Positions 7,742 to 16,613 of a stretch of DNA of 64,000 bases are shown here, one piece after another. This DNA comes from Candidatus Aldehydirespirator sp. Lineage in GTDB: Bacteria; Actinomycetota; Acidimicrobiia; Acidimicrobiales; Aldehydirespiratoraceae. The position numbers and the translations under genes are program-made. Location: the NCBI GenBank assembly GCA_965203635.1, contig OZ241903.1, forward strand, positions 2,690,918-2,754,917, written 5' to 3'. Every line of letters starts with the position of its first letter. Position 1 is the first letter of the stretch. The notes under the pieces were generated by a model, which had not been told where the DNA came from, did not search any database, and saw only the letters and a list, made by a program, of their open reading frames with translations.

Positions 7742-8914
7742 CTAAGCGCCTCCTGGCGCGTCGTGGCCGCCCGGGGGAGCCCATGCCACCAGGTCGGACC
7801 TCACGGCCCCAAACGACCGGCCGACCGGGTCCTGCACGCCGACGACTGCGCCCTCGGCTGCCGACCGCTGCGCGGCGAGAGCGGCCGCGAGCACGTCGCG
7901 GCCCTCGGCCAGGGTGAGGATCGGCTCGCGGCCCGCGGCGATGGTGTCGAGCAGGCTGCGGGTGGCCCCGATGAACGAGTGCTCCCAGCCCGTCGGGCAC
8001 GGGTAGGTCTCCACCTGTCCTTCGGCGTAGCTGACGACCGGTGGAACCTCGCCGATCTGCCCGTGGCCCCGGTTGACCCAGATGACACCTCTGGTGCCGG
8101 TGATCTCCATCCGGTCGTCCTGCGCGTAGTGCTCGGTGCCCTCGATGAGCAGCTCCTGGGAGTACACGACCTCCAGGTTGGCGATCGCGCCGGACTCGTA
8201 GCGCATCGAGACCAGCGACGGGGAGTCCAGCTCGAAAGACAGCACGTAGGTCGACCCGATCCAGGCGTGCACCTCCGACGGCTGCCCCAGGACGATCCAG
8301 GCCAGCGAGAACTTGTGGTGGCCGTCGTCGAACACCAGCGGCCCGCCGCCGCACTCGTCGGGGTTGTGGCGCCACAGCAGCGCCTCCAAGGGTATGTCCC
8401 ATGCACTCGGGCTGTACCCGGCGTTGCTCTTGAGCCGCACCGACAGGGGGTCGCCGATGAGGCCCTGCTCGATGAGCTCCAGCGCCTTCAGGACGGGCGG
8501 GTAGAACAGGAAGTTCTCGTAGAGGCGCACCACCTTCGACGTCTCGCGGGCCGCGCCCAGGAGGCGGTCGGCGTCATCGAGGTTCAGCGACATCGGCTTC
8601 TGCAGCGACACGTGCAGGTCGCAGCCGATGGCGAACGCGGCGATCTCGTGGTGGAGGTGGTGCGGGACGATTATCTCGACCAGGTCGACCTGGCCCGACT
8701 GGCACAGTTCGCGGTAGTCCTCGAAGACCGTGGCGTCGGGCAGCCCCCATTGGCGCCGTTTGGCCGCCGCGTTCTCCGGCTCGACGTCGCACAGTGCGAC
8801 GACGGCCGCGTCGTCGCGGTCCCGGTACCCGAGAACGTGCAGGTCGGAGATGCGCCCGCAACCGATGATCCCGACGCGCAGAGGCCGAGCCGGCGGGCGA
8901 GTGAATCGGCTCAT
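7742..8914 (-). CDS. Gfo/Idh/MocA family oxidoreductase
   Basis: N-terminal Rossmann motif LRVGIIGCGRISDLHVLGY and a Gfo/Idh/MocA-like C-terminal domain. The start is taken at MSRFTRPP (8914). The stop abuts the IclR start. Confidence 0.85.
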   Translation of the reverse strand: MSRFTRPPARPLRVGIIGCGRISDLHVLGYRDRDDAAVVALCDVEPENAAAKRRQWGLPDATVFEDYRELCQSGQVDLVEIIVPHHLHHEIAAFAIGCDLHVSLQKPMSLNLDDADRLLGAARETSKVVRLYENFLFYPPVLKALELIEQGLIGDPLSVRLKSNAGYSPSAWDIPLEALLWRHNPDECGGGPLVFDDGHHKFSLAWIVLGQPSEVHAWIGSTYVLSFELDSPSLVSMRYESGAIANLEVVYSQELLIEGTEHYAQDDRMEITGTRGVIWVNRGHGQIGEVPPVVSYAEGQVETYPCPTGWEHSFIGATRSLLDTIAAGREPILTLAEGRDVLAAALAAQRSAAEGAVVGVQDPVGRSFGAVRSDLVAWAPPGGHDAPGGA

Positions 8915-8919
8915 ACGGA

Positions 8920-8966
8920 CGAGGCCGTGGCCCGAGCGGCCCGTGAGCGAAGCGAACAAGAGCGGG
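8920..8966 (-). repeat. 47-nt intergenic repeat, family C, copy 2 (inverted)
   Basis: CGAGGCCGTGGCCCGAGCGGCCCGTGAGCGAAGCGAACAAGAGCGGG is the reverse complement of 5248..5294 at 46 of 47 positions. Confidence 0.85.
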
Positions 8967-8978
8967 TTGATAGCACGT

Positions 8979-9881
8979 TCACTCCTTCAGGGCCCCGGAC
9001 AGCAGGCCCCGGACGAAGTGCTTCTGGAAGACGAAGAAGATGACGACGGTGGGAATACTGGCGATGACCGCCAGCGAGGCCTGGGTCCCGTAGGCCACCG
9101 TGAACTGGCCCTTCACGTTGAGCAGCCCCAGCATGATGGTGGCCACGTCGTCCCGGGCGCTGGTGAACACCAGCGGGTAGAGGAAGTCGTTCCAGATGAA
9201 CGTGAACTGAAGTGTGGCCAGCGCGGCCAGCGCGGGTCGGGCCAGCGGCAGCATGACCCGCCAGAAGACCTCGCCCTCGCTGGCGCCGTCGATCAGGGCT
9301 GCGTAGCGCAGCGAGTCGGGGATCTGCTCGAAGAAGTTCCGCATCACCAGGGTGCACACCGAGAACCCCACCGCGGAGTGGATCAGGATCATGGGCCACA
9401 GGGTGTTGAGGAGGTCGAAGCTCCTGAACATCGTGAACAGGGGCACCAGCAGCACCTGGGGCGGGACGAACAGGCCCGAGACGATGACCAGCTGTATGGC
9501 GGTGCCGCCTCTGGGCCTGAACTTGGCCAGGGCGTATCCGATGAGCGTGCCGCCGGCGATGGAGACGACCACCGCCGGAATGGCCACCTGGAACGAGTTG
9601 ATCAGGTAGCGGACGGTGTTGGCCGTGCTCCACACGTCGACGTAGTTGGCCAGGGTGAGCTTGCCGGTCAGCGCCCAGATGCCGCGTTCGGCGATCTCGG
9701 CGTTGGTCTTGAGCGAAGTCGACAGCACGCCGGCCACCGGCACCAGGTACAACGCCACGAACACGGCGATCAGCACCATCCCGGCGCGCCGTCGCAGCGT
9801 GCGGACCCGGCGGCCTGCGCTGTGTTCGGGCACGGTGCGGTCGGCCCTGTCGGTGGCCTCAGAGGCGGTGCTAGTCGACAT
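8979..9881 (-). CDS. Carbohydrate ABC transporter permease (MalG-like)
   Basis: Multi-TM protein with the EAA loop AALIDGASEGEVFWRVMLPLARPALAA. Confidence 0.9.
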   Translation of the reverse strand: MSTSTASEATDRADRTVPEHSAGRRVRTLRRRAGMVLIAVFVALYLVPVAGVLSTSLKTNAEIAERGIWALTGKLTLANYVDVWSTANTVRYLINSFQVAIPAVVVSIAGGTLIGYALAKFRPRGGTAIQLVIVSGLFVPPQVLLVPLFTMFRSFDLLNTLWPMILIHSAVGFSVCTLVMRNFFEQIPDSLRYAALIDGASEGEVFWRVMLPLARPALAALATLQFTFIWNDFLYPLVFTSARDDVATIMLGLLNVKGQFTVAYGTQASLAVIASIPTVVIFFVFQKHFVRGLLSGALKE

Positions 9882-10746
9882 AGCTGCCTCGCCTGCCCCA
9901 CCAGGTCAGACCGCCGATCACGACCAGGGTCATGGCGAACAGGATCAGCGACACCGCGCTGGCCAGCCCCTGCTCGTGCTGGCGGAACAGGATGCGCCAC
10001 ACCAGCATGGGCATCGTCTCGGTCTCGCGGACCGGCCCGCCCTGCGTCATGGCGAACACCAGGTCGAAGTTGCGCAGCGAGTTGATGGCGATCAGCGACA
10101 GCACCACCGTCGTGATGGGCCGTAGCAGCGGCAGGATCACCCGGCGGAACACCTGGAATTGGCCGGCGCCGTCGACCCTGGCCGCCTCGACCAGCTCTCC
10201 GGGGATGGACGTGAGCCCGGCCAGGTAGAGGATCATGGACAGCACGGCCTGCTGCCACGCCCAGGCGATGAACACTGCCCACAGGGCGGTGGAGCGGTTG
10301 GCCAGCCAGGCGTTCTCGAGGCTCTCGAGCCCGACCAGGCCCAGAAGCTGGTTGATCAGGCCGTCGCCGGGCTGGTAGATCCAGATCCACACCTGGCCGA
10401 CCACCACCAGGCTGATGGAGATCGGCACGAACAGCGCCGACTTCATGATCGCCGCGAAGCGGGTGTTGGCTTGCAGCATCATGGCGATGCCCAGTCCCAG
10501 CGCGGGCGGGATCAGCGCGCCGAACAGCGTCCACACCAGCGTGATGCGGATCGACTTTCGAACGTGCTGGTTGGTGAAGGCCTCGACGAAGTTGTCGAAG
10601 CCGATCCACTGGCTGGTCTGCCCCAGGATGTTGGCGTCGGTGAAGCTGAGCCGCAGGGCCATGGCCGTGGGCACCACCACGATGGCGGTGAACAGCAGTA
10701 TGGGCGGTCCCATGAAGAGGATGGCCCAGCGGGTTGTCGGCCTCAT
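9871..10746 (-). CDS. Carbohydrate ABC transporter permease (MalF-like)
   Basis: Multi-TM protein with the EAA loop EAARVDGAGQFQVFRRVILPLLRPI. It overlaps the downstream permease by 11 nt. Confidence 0.9.
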   Translation of the reverse strand: MRPTTRWAILFMGPPILLFTAIVVVPTAMALRLSFTDANILGQTSQWIGFDNFVEAFTNQHVRKSIRITLVWTLFGALIPPALGLGIAMMLQANTRFAAIMKSALFVPISISLVVVGQVWIWIYQPGDGLINQLLGLVGLESLENAWLANRSTALWAVFIAWAWQQAVLSMILYLAGLTSIPGELVEAARVDGAGQFQVFRRVILPLLRPITTVVLSLIAINSLRNFDLVFAMTQGGPVRETETMPMLVWRILFRQHEQGLASAVSLILFAMTLVVIGGLTWWGRRGSYVD

Positions 10747-10816
10747 GCGCCGTCTCCTAGACGATGCCTAGCGGGAAACTATCGACCGACCGCCGACGGC
10801 GGGGCAGCCGGCGGCG

Positions 10817-10842
10817 CCGGACCCGTGGGGGACGGGGTCCGG
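10817..10842 (-). terminator. Intercistronic hairpin after the binding-protein gene
   Basis: CCGGACCCG-TGGGGGA-CGGGGTCCGG, inside the 181-nt gap between the binding-protein stop (10928) and the permease start (10746). Confidence 0.4.
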
Positions 10843-10927
10843 CACCGCCGGTGGAACCGGTTCGAGCCGGCCAGGAGGGCGGCCGGATGCCGTCAGATTG
10901 CGGCCGGCGCCCTTACGGCTCGACGCG

Positions 10928-12202
10928 CTAGCCCGCGAAAGCGGCCTGGGCGTCCGACTGGGCGCTCGACAGGAGGTCGGCGTAGCCCGACGGGTCGTCC
11001 ATGAAGGCCTGGAACATGTCCAGGCCGACCTCGGCCACGGGCGGAGGTGTGGCCAGGTCGTAGTTGAACGAGTAGGAGTCGGCCTTGCCCACTTCCACCA
11101 GCGCCTTGGCCATGACCGGGTTGAGCTGCGTGGTGTCGGCGTTGGAGTTCGGCGGCAGCGCCCCCTGCTCCAGTGCCCAGGTGAGCTGGTTGCCGGGGTC
11201 GGCGTAGTGCTCCAGCAGCAGCATGGCGCCCTCGGCATTGGCCGCGTCGGCCGACAGGGCCCATCCGTCGATCGGCCCCAGCGCGGCGTTCTCGACGGCG
11301 GGATCCAGCACCGGGAAGTTGAAGAAGTCGTAGTCGGCGACGGGTTCGAGGCCGATGCCGTTCCAGTAGCCGGTGATCCACGTGCCCATCAGGGTCATGG
11401 CCGCCTCCCCGTTGGCGACCTGGTCGGCGGCGTCGGTCCAGGTGTAGGCGTTGGCGTCGTCGACGAAGAAGCCGGCGTCCACGAGGTCCTTCCAGAGCTC
11501 CATCGCTGCGACGACCTCGGGATCGGTGTACGACGCCTCGCCCGACATCAGCTTGGCCCTGTAGTCCGGCCCGGCCGTGCGCAGGATGAGGAAGTCGAAC
11601 CAGAACTGGGCCGGCCAGCGGTTCATCGAGCCCAGAGCGATGGGCTTGACGCCGCTGGCGGCGATCTGCTCGGCCGCCGCGAAGAACTCAGCGCTGTTGG
11701 TGGGCATCGCGGTGACCCCGGCCGCCTCCATCACGTGGGGGTTGTAGAAGAAGGCCACGTAGTGGAACCCGAACGGCAGCAGGTGGGGCTCGCCGCCGTG
11801 GATCCCGGCGTCGACCAGGGCCTGCGGGAAGTTGTTCCAGACGTCGGCGTTGTCGAAGACCTGAGTGATCGGCTGGAGATGGCCGTTCTCGAACACGGAC
11901 TGGGTCCGGGCCCCGGCCCAGTAGGAGAACACGTCGGGCGGCTCGCCGCCAGCCAGGGCGACGAGGATCTGGTCCTTGAACGCCTCGTGCTCAATGGGGC
12001 TGACGACGGCCTCGCCGGCCTCGAACGTGGCGTTGACGTCGAGGATCCCCTGCTGGCCGAGGTCAGATCCGTAGTAGTGGGCGACTTCGACTTGGCCGGC
12101 GCCTGGGTCCTCGCTGGTGCCGCTGCACGCGGCGGCCACGAGGGCGACTATCGCGATGAGAGCGAGCGCGTAGCTACGTCGAATCTTGGTCAGTCTGGTC
12201 AT
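10928..12202 (-). CDS. Sugar ABC transporter substrate-binding lipoprotein
   Basis: MTRLTKIRRSYALALIAIVALVAAAC lipobox followed by an extracellular solute-binding family-1 fold. The start is taken at ATG 12202. Confidence 0.9.
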   Translation of the reverse strand: MTRLTKIRRSYALALIAIVALVAAACSGTSEDPGAGQVEVAHYYGSDLGQQGILDVNATFEAGEAVVSPIEHEAFKDQILVALAGGEPPDVFSYWAGARTQSVFENGHLQPITQVFDNADVWNNFPQALVDAGIHGGEPHLLPFGFHYVAFFYNPHVMEAAGVTAMPTNSAEFFAAAEQIAASGVKPIALGSMNRWPAQFWFDFLILRTAGPDYRAKLMSGEASYTDPEVVAAMELWKDLVDAGFFVDDANAYTWTDAADQVANGEAAMTLMGTWITGYWNGIGLEPVADYDFFNFPVLDPAVENAALGPIDGWALSADAANAEGAMLLLEHYADPGNQLTWALEQGALPPNSNADTTQLNPVMAKALVEVGKADSYSFNYDLATPPPVAEVGLDMFQAFMDDPSGYADLLSSAQSDAQAAFAG

Positions 12203-12221
12203 GTGTTCCCCTCTTGGAATC

Positions 12222-12252
12222 GGTCCAGGCGCGGCCTCCCCCGCGCTGGACC
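12222..12252 (-). other. Hairpin in the short leader of the binding-protein gene
   Basis: GGTCCAG(G)CGCG-GCCTCCCC-CGCGCTGGACC, 20 nt upstream of ATG 12202. It may terminate or attenuate read-through from the aldehyde dehydrogenase gene. Confidence 0.35.
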
Positions 12253-12342
12253 GGACTCTAGCAAGTGGTGCCAAATAGTCAATGCTGTTGCGAGATGATC
12301 AACCGAACCGGGATGTTGTCGGGTGGATGCCGCCGGTGACGG

Positions 12343-13812
12343 TCACGCGGGCGCGACGTTGATGTACTTGACGACGGTGAACTCGGCCACGCCCTCGGCG
12401 CCGCCCTCACGGCCGAAGCCGCTGTGCTTGATCCCGCCGAAGGGCGCCTCGGCCAGCGCGATGGCGAAGTCGTTGATGCCGACCATGCCCACCTCGAGGC
12501 GGTCGGCCACGTCCAGGCATCGCTGCAGCGACCCGCCCAGCACGAAGCCGGCCAGCCCGAAGTCGGTGTCGTTGGCGATGCGCACCGCATCGTCGAGGTC
12601 GTCGTAGGCGCGGATCGGTGCGATGGGCCCGAACGGCTCGGCCACCATGATCTCGGTGCCGAGGTCCACGTTGGTGAGCACGGTGGGCTCGAACCACCAG
12701 CCGGCGTCCCGTTCGATCCTCCGGCCCCCGGACTCGACGACCGCTCCGTCGCTCACCGCGGAGGCCACCAGCTGCTCCATGGCCTGAAGGCGCCGCTCGT
12801 TCTGCAAGGGGCCGATGTCGCAGGACGGGTCGTCGCCGGGGCCCATGGCCAGCGCCTCGGTGGCGGCCACGAAGCTGGCCACGAACCGGTCGTGCAGGGC
12901 TGTGGGCACCAGGAACCGGCTGGGAGAGATGCACACCTGCCCGGCGTTGCGGAACTTGCCCCTCGCCGCGGCCTCACCGGCCCACTCGGGGTCGGCGTCG
13001 TCGAGCACGATCACCGGCGAGTGGCCCCCCAGCTCAAGCGACACCGACTTCAGTTGCTTGGACGCCTCCTCCATGATGTGGCTGCCCAACGGAACCGAGC
13101 CGGTGAGGGTCACCTTGCGCACCCGGGAGTCGCTGAGGATCATCTCGGAGATCATCGCCGGGTCGCCCACCAGCACGTTGACGACCCCGGCCGGGATGCC
13201 GGCGGCCTCGGCCGCCTTGGCCAGCCACAGGGCCGCGGTGGGCGTCTCCTCGGCCGGCTTGACGATGATCGTGCAGCCGGCCGCGGTGGCTGCGGCGATC
13301 TTGCGGGCCGGCAGCAGCGCCGGGAAGTTCGACGGAGCGAACGCTCCCACCACTCCCACCGGCTCGCGCTGCACCAGCAGGCGCCGGCCGGCGCCCCGGG
13401 CCGGGATCACCCGTCCGTAGATGCGGCGGGCCTCGTCGGCGCACCAGTCGAACTGGTCGGCCGCGCCCGCAACCTCGCCCTCGGCCTGGGCCAGCGGCTT
13501 GCCCTGCTCGGCGGTCACCGACGCCGCGATGTCGGCGAGATGGTCGCGGATGTAGGCGGCCGCATCCCGCAAGTGCTGCGAGCGGGCCCACGGGTCGGTG
13601 TTGCGCCAGGACTGGAGAGCGCGGGCGGCGGCGTCGAGGGTCTCGGCGACCTCGGTGGGCGTGACCGTTGCGACGGAGGCGGCCGTTGAGCCGTCCGCCG
13701 GGTTGACCACTGCGAGACGCGGGCCGCGGCCGCCCCATTCACCGCGTAGATATGACGAGTCCGGCGCGGCCGCCGTATCGGGGTCCGAGTGCGAGTCGTT
13801 GCGTTCTGTCAC
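12343..13812 (-). CDS. NAD(P)-dependent aldehyde dehydrogenase (succinate-semialdehyde dehydrogenase-like)
   Basis: ALDH motifs FAPSNFP, VKPAEETP, SLELGGHSP and FRNAGQVCISPSR (catalytic Cys). Confidence 0.9.
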   Translation of the reverse strand: MTERNDSHSDPDTAAAPDSSYLRGEWGGRGPRLAVVNPADGSTAASVATVTPTEVAETLDAAARALQSWRNTDPWARSQHLRDAAAYIRDHLADIAASVTAEQGKPLAQAEGEVAGAADQFDWCADEARRIYGRVIPARGAGRRLLVQREPVGVVGAFAPSNFPALLPARKIAAATAAGCTIIVKPAEETPTAALWLAKAAEAAGIPAGVVNVLVGDPAMISEMILSDSRVRKVTLTGSVPLGSHIMEEASKQLKSVSLELGGHSPVIVLDDADPEWAGEAAARGKFRNAGQVCISPSRFLVPTALHDRFVASFVAATEALAMGPGDDPSCDIGPLQNERRLQAMEQLVASAVSDGAVVESGGRRIERDAGWWFEPTVLTNVDLGTEIMVAEPFGPIAPIRAYDDLDDAVRIANDTDFGLAGFVLGGSLQRCLDVADRLEVGMVGINDFAIALAEAPFGGIKHSGFGREGGAEGVAEFTVVKYINVAPA

Positions 13813-13834
13813 CGGCCCATTCTGCCGTGGCCGG

Positions 13835-14668
13835 CTAGCCCGCGGGCGCGCTGTCCATAGCCCGGGGCGCCTCGGGGTCGGTGATCCACTCGGTCCAGGA
13901 TCCGTCGTAGACGGCTACGTCGTCGTGACCGGCGATGGCGTAGGCCAGCGCGGTTCCGCAGGCCCCGACCCCGCCGCGGCAGTAGGCGATGGTGGGCTCG
14001 GGGGCGCAGGCGCCGGCGGCGGCGAGGCGCCGGCGGGCTTCCTCGGGCTCGGCCCAGGTGCCGTCGGCACCGGTGAATTCGATGCCGGGCGCGGTGATGC
14101 TCCCGGGGATGGCACCGCCGTCGGCCTCGCGGGCCCCGGCCATGCGCCCGTCCACCAGGCGTGTCGGTGTGCCCAGGGCCGCGAGCACGTCCTGGTGGGT
14201 CGCGTAGAGGCTCGGGTCGTAGCGGGGCGTGAACTGCGCCCGCGGGTGGTGGGGCACCGTGTCGTCGGTGGGGCGTCCCTCGGCTTGCCATTTGTTGATC
14301 CCGCCGTCGAGCACGGCTACGCCGGTGTGGCCGTACACCCGCAGCGCCCACCACACCCGGGCCGCCACCGTCACGTGCTGGTCGTCGTAGGTCACCACGA
14401 AGGTGTCGTCCCCGATGCCGCGGGAGGCCATGGCGTCGGCGAAGCGGTCGGGACCGGCCAGCATCCACAGGTCGGGCCGCTCAGGATCGGCGAGATCGGT
14501 GTCCCAGCGGGCGTGCACCGCGCCCGGTATGTGGGCTCGGGCGTACTCGTCGTCGCCGTTGCGCATATCGAAGGGGCGCAGGTACCAGCGGCAGTCCAAG
14601 ACCCTCACGCCGGCGTCGTCGAGGTGCTCGGCCAGCCACTGCGTCGATACCAGAGGTCCTTCAGGCAT
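13835..14668 (-). CDS. Thiosulfate/3-mercaptopyruvate sulfurtransferase (tandem rhodanese)
   Basis: Two rhodanese domains with the active-site loop AYCRGGVGA. Confidence 0.9.
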   Translation of the reverse strand: MPEGPLVSTQWLAEHLDDAGVRVLDCRWYLRPFDMRNGDDEYARAHIPGAVHARWDTDLADPERPDLWMLAGPDRFADAMASRGIGDDTFVVTYDDQHVTVAARVWWALRVYGHTGVAVLDGGINKWQAEGRPTDDTVPHHPRAQFTPRYDPSLYATHQDVLAALGTPTRLVDGRMAGAREADGGAIPGSITAPGIEFTGADGTWAEPEEARRRLAAAGACAPEPTIAYCRGGVGACGTALAYAIAGHDDVAVYDGSWTEWITDPEAPRAMDSAPAG

Positions 14669-14727
14669 CGGTCCTACTCTCGCAGATCATCGGTGCGGCC
14701 GTCATCTCCGGTGGCGGCGGCGAGCGG

Positions 14728-15744
14728 TCACGAGCCGACCACGGCGGGGCGGACCTGTTCGGCCAGCAGGCGTATCCCGGCGTCGCGGTCGGGTCCGAAC
14801 GTGTACCAGGCCAGCGGCAGGTCGAGGCCGGCGTCCGCGAAGGGCATGAGCCCCTCGATCACGTCATCGGGAGTGCCGGCCACCCCGAACACGTCCACCA
14901 GGCTGTCGCTGAGAACCTCTGCGCCGGCCTGCTCGCCGCCCTCGGCGACCGCGGCCCGGACCGCGGCCACCGCGTCGGGGTCGGCGCCGGCCTCGTCGAC
15001 CACCACGCCCTCGACCCGGGCCAGGTAGTAGGCCAGCACCTCCTTGACCGCGTTTCGGGCCTCGCGCCGGTCGGGGCCGACGCTGGTGAGCACGTTGGCG
15101 CTCAGCAGCAGATCGTCGACGTCTCGACTGGCTCGCGCCGCGCCGGCCGCGAGCCGCTCACGGGCCCATCGGGTGTAGCCGACGCTGGTTATGGCGCCGA
15201 GTTGGACGCCGTCGGCGAACTCACCCGAGACCTCCATCATCCGCCGGCTGACCGCGCCCACATCCACCGGAACAGGTATCGGCGCCGGCCGGTCCAGGCG
15301 CAGGCCCGGTGCCACCGAGAACGTCGTCGGGACGAAGTCCAACTCTTCGCCGGCGGTGAGGCGGCGCACCGCCCGCACCGCCTCGACGGTGTTGGTGAGG
15401 GGGCGCCAGCCGGGGGGATCCATGCCGAAGCGCCGGACCGTCCACTCGGCTGCGCCCAGTCCGTATCGCAGCCGGCCCGGCCCGATGTCGGCCAGCGTGG
15501 CCGCCTCGAGGGCCAGCAACACTGGGTGGCGGAACACGGGGTTGGCCACCCCGATGCGCACGATGACTCGCTGCGTGGAGTGCAGCGCCGCGGCCGCCAC
15601 CGGCATCACCGAGTTGAACAGCCGGCTCTCGGGCAGCGACACCTCCTCGAAGCCGAGGCGGTCTGCCGCAGCCACCACGGCTAGCGTGTCGGCGACGGGA
15701 TCCTCGTTGGACAGCGAAAGGCCTAGGCCGCGGAACCCGTTCAT
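14728..15744 (-). CDS. Luciferase-like (LLM class, probably F420-dependent) oxidoreductase
   Basis: TIM-barrel LLM pattern: GLGLSLS..., LGFEEVSLPES, IGVANPVFRHPVLLA, and a C-terminal GTPDDVIEGL. The start is taken at MNGFRGLG. Confidence 0.8.
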   Translation of the reverse strand: MNGFRGLGLSLSNEDPVADTLAVVAAADRLGFEEVSLPESRLFNSVMPVAAAALHSTQRVIVRIGVANPVFRHPVLLALEAATLADIGPGRLRYGLGAAEWTVRRFGMDPPGWRPLTNTVEAVRAVRRLTAGEELDFVPTTFSVAPGLRLDRPAPIPVPVDVGAVSRRMMEVSGEFADGVQLGAITSVGYTRWARERLAAGAARASRDVDDLLLSANVLTSVGPDRREARNAVKEVLAYYLARVEGVVVDEAGADPDAVAAVRAAVAEGGEQAGAEVLSDSLVDVFGVAGTPDDVIEGLMPFADAGLDLPLAWYTFGPDRDAGIRLLAEQVRPAVVGS

Positions 15745-15778
15745 TTTCCTCGCGATCGTCAGGCGACAGGAGTTGCGA

Positions 15779-16357
15779 ATGTGGATCTCCACGATTCCAT
15801 ACGACGAGGCTGAGGGCGAGTTGAGGGCCCACTACGACCGTCAGGCCCGAGCGCTCGGCGAGCCCACCGAGATGACCATGGCCGGATCGCTTCACCCCGC
15901 GCTGGTGGCGGCCCGCCTGGACCTGTACGCCGCCACCGAGAAGTGCCCGTCGCGGTTGACGCCCCATCAGCGCAACCTGATCAGCTTCGTGACATCGGCC
16001 ATCAACGGCACGGTGCACTGCATGAGCCAGGTCACGATCAAGCTGCGCCAGACCGGTCTCGACGGCGAGGCCATCGCCAAGCTGGCCGCCGACCCGGACT
16101 GCTTCGAGTCGCTGGGTCTGTCGCCGGCCGATGCGGCGGTGGTGGGCTACGCGGTGAAGCTCACCCGCTCCCCCGCCTCGGTGACCGAGGCCGATGTCGA
16201 GGAGCTGCGGGCGGCCGGCTTCGACGACCTCGACATCGTGGACGCCAACTCCCAGTGCGCTCACCTCAATTACGTGAACCGGGTGGCGATGGGGTTGGGG
16301 ATCCACTCCGTCGTGGACCCGGACTTTCCCGCTTACTCGGCCATACCGCAGGCCTAG
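15779..16357 (+). CDS. Carboxymuconolactone decarboxylase (AhpD-like) family, peroxidase-related protein
   Basis: MWISTIPYDEAEGELRAHYDRQ... is a typical N-terminus for this family, followed by a CMD domain. The upstream part of ORF 15191..16357 is antisense to the LLM gene. Confidence 0.75.
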   Translation: MWISTIPYDEAEGELRAHYDRQARALGEPTEMTMAGSLHPALVAARLDLYAATEKCPSRLTPHQRNLISFVTSAINGTVHCMSQVTIKLRQTGLDGEAIAKLAADPDCFESLGLSPADAAVVGYAVKLTRSPASVTEADVEELRAAGFDDLDIVDANSQCAHLNYVNRVAMGLGIHSVVDPDFPAYSAIPQA

Positions 16358-16484
16358 CTTCCCGGACTGGGTCGGCCCGGCCGGCGGGTCCTGTCGCCGG
16401 GCTCCGTCCGACCGACGGGGCTTCGCCCCATTGTCGGTCGCCCGGACCCGTCGCCACCCCCCGGCCTCTCGGGACGCGCCGCAA

Positions 16485-16600
16485 CAGATCTCGGGTTGGT
16501 CTTGTGCACTGGGTGCAGAAAACTCGCACCAAGAAATCGCCTGACCAGATCTCGGGTTGGTCTTGCGCGCTGGGTGCACACAACTCGCACCAAGAAATCG
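16485..16600 (-). repeat. Family A palindromic intergenic element, two tandem copies (61-nt period)
   Basis: CAGATCTCGGGTTGGTCTTG(T/C)GC(A/G)CTGGGTGCA(G/C)A(A/C)AACTCGCACCAAGAAATCG occurs twice, at 16485..16539 and 16546..16600, between convergent genes. Confidence 0.85.
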
Positions 16601-16613
16601 GCGGGGCCGCCCG

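Noticed and set aside
6933-8402. N-terminal 490 aa of the 1028-aa ORF 5316..8402
   Set aside because: This Arg/Gly/Pro-rich stretch lies out of frame over the IclR and Gfo/Idh/MocA genes. The GlpD FAD motif begins right after ATG 6932, which overlaps the IclR stop.
10850-10880. tRNA-like T-loop sequence GGTTCGAGCC in the 181-nt gap between the binding-protein and permease genes
   Set aside because: No acceptor stem, D-arm or anticodon arm can be drawn around it. I found no tRNA or rRNA anywhere in the window.
16485-16600. Possible CRISPR arrays at 16485..16600 and 26414..26553
   Set aside because: Each locus has only two repeat units, with no unique spacers (a 6-nt linker at one, direct abutment at the other). 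No cas genes are present, and the same element also occurs singly elsewhere. These are REP/MIRU-like repeats, not CRISPR.
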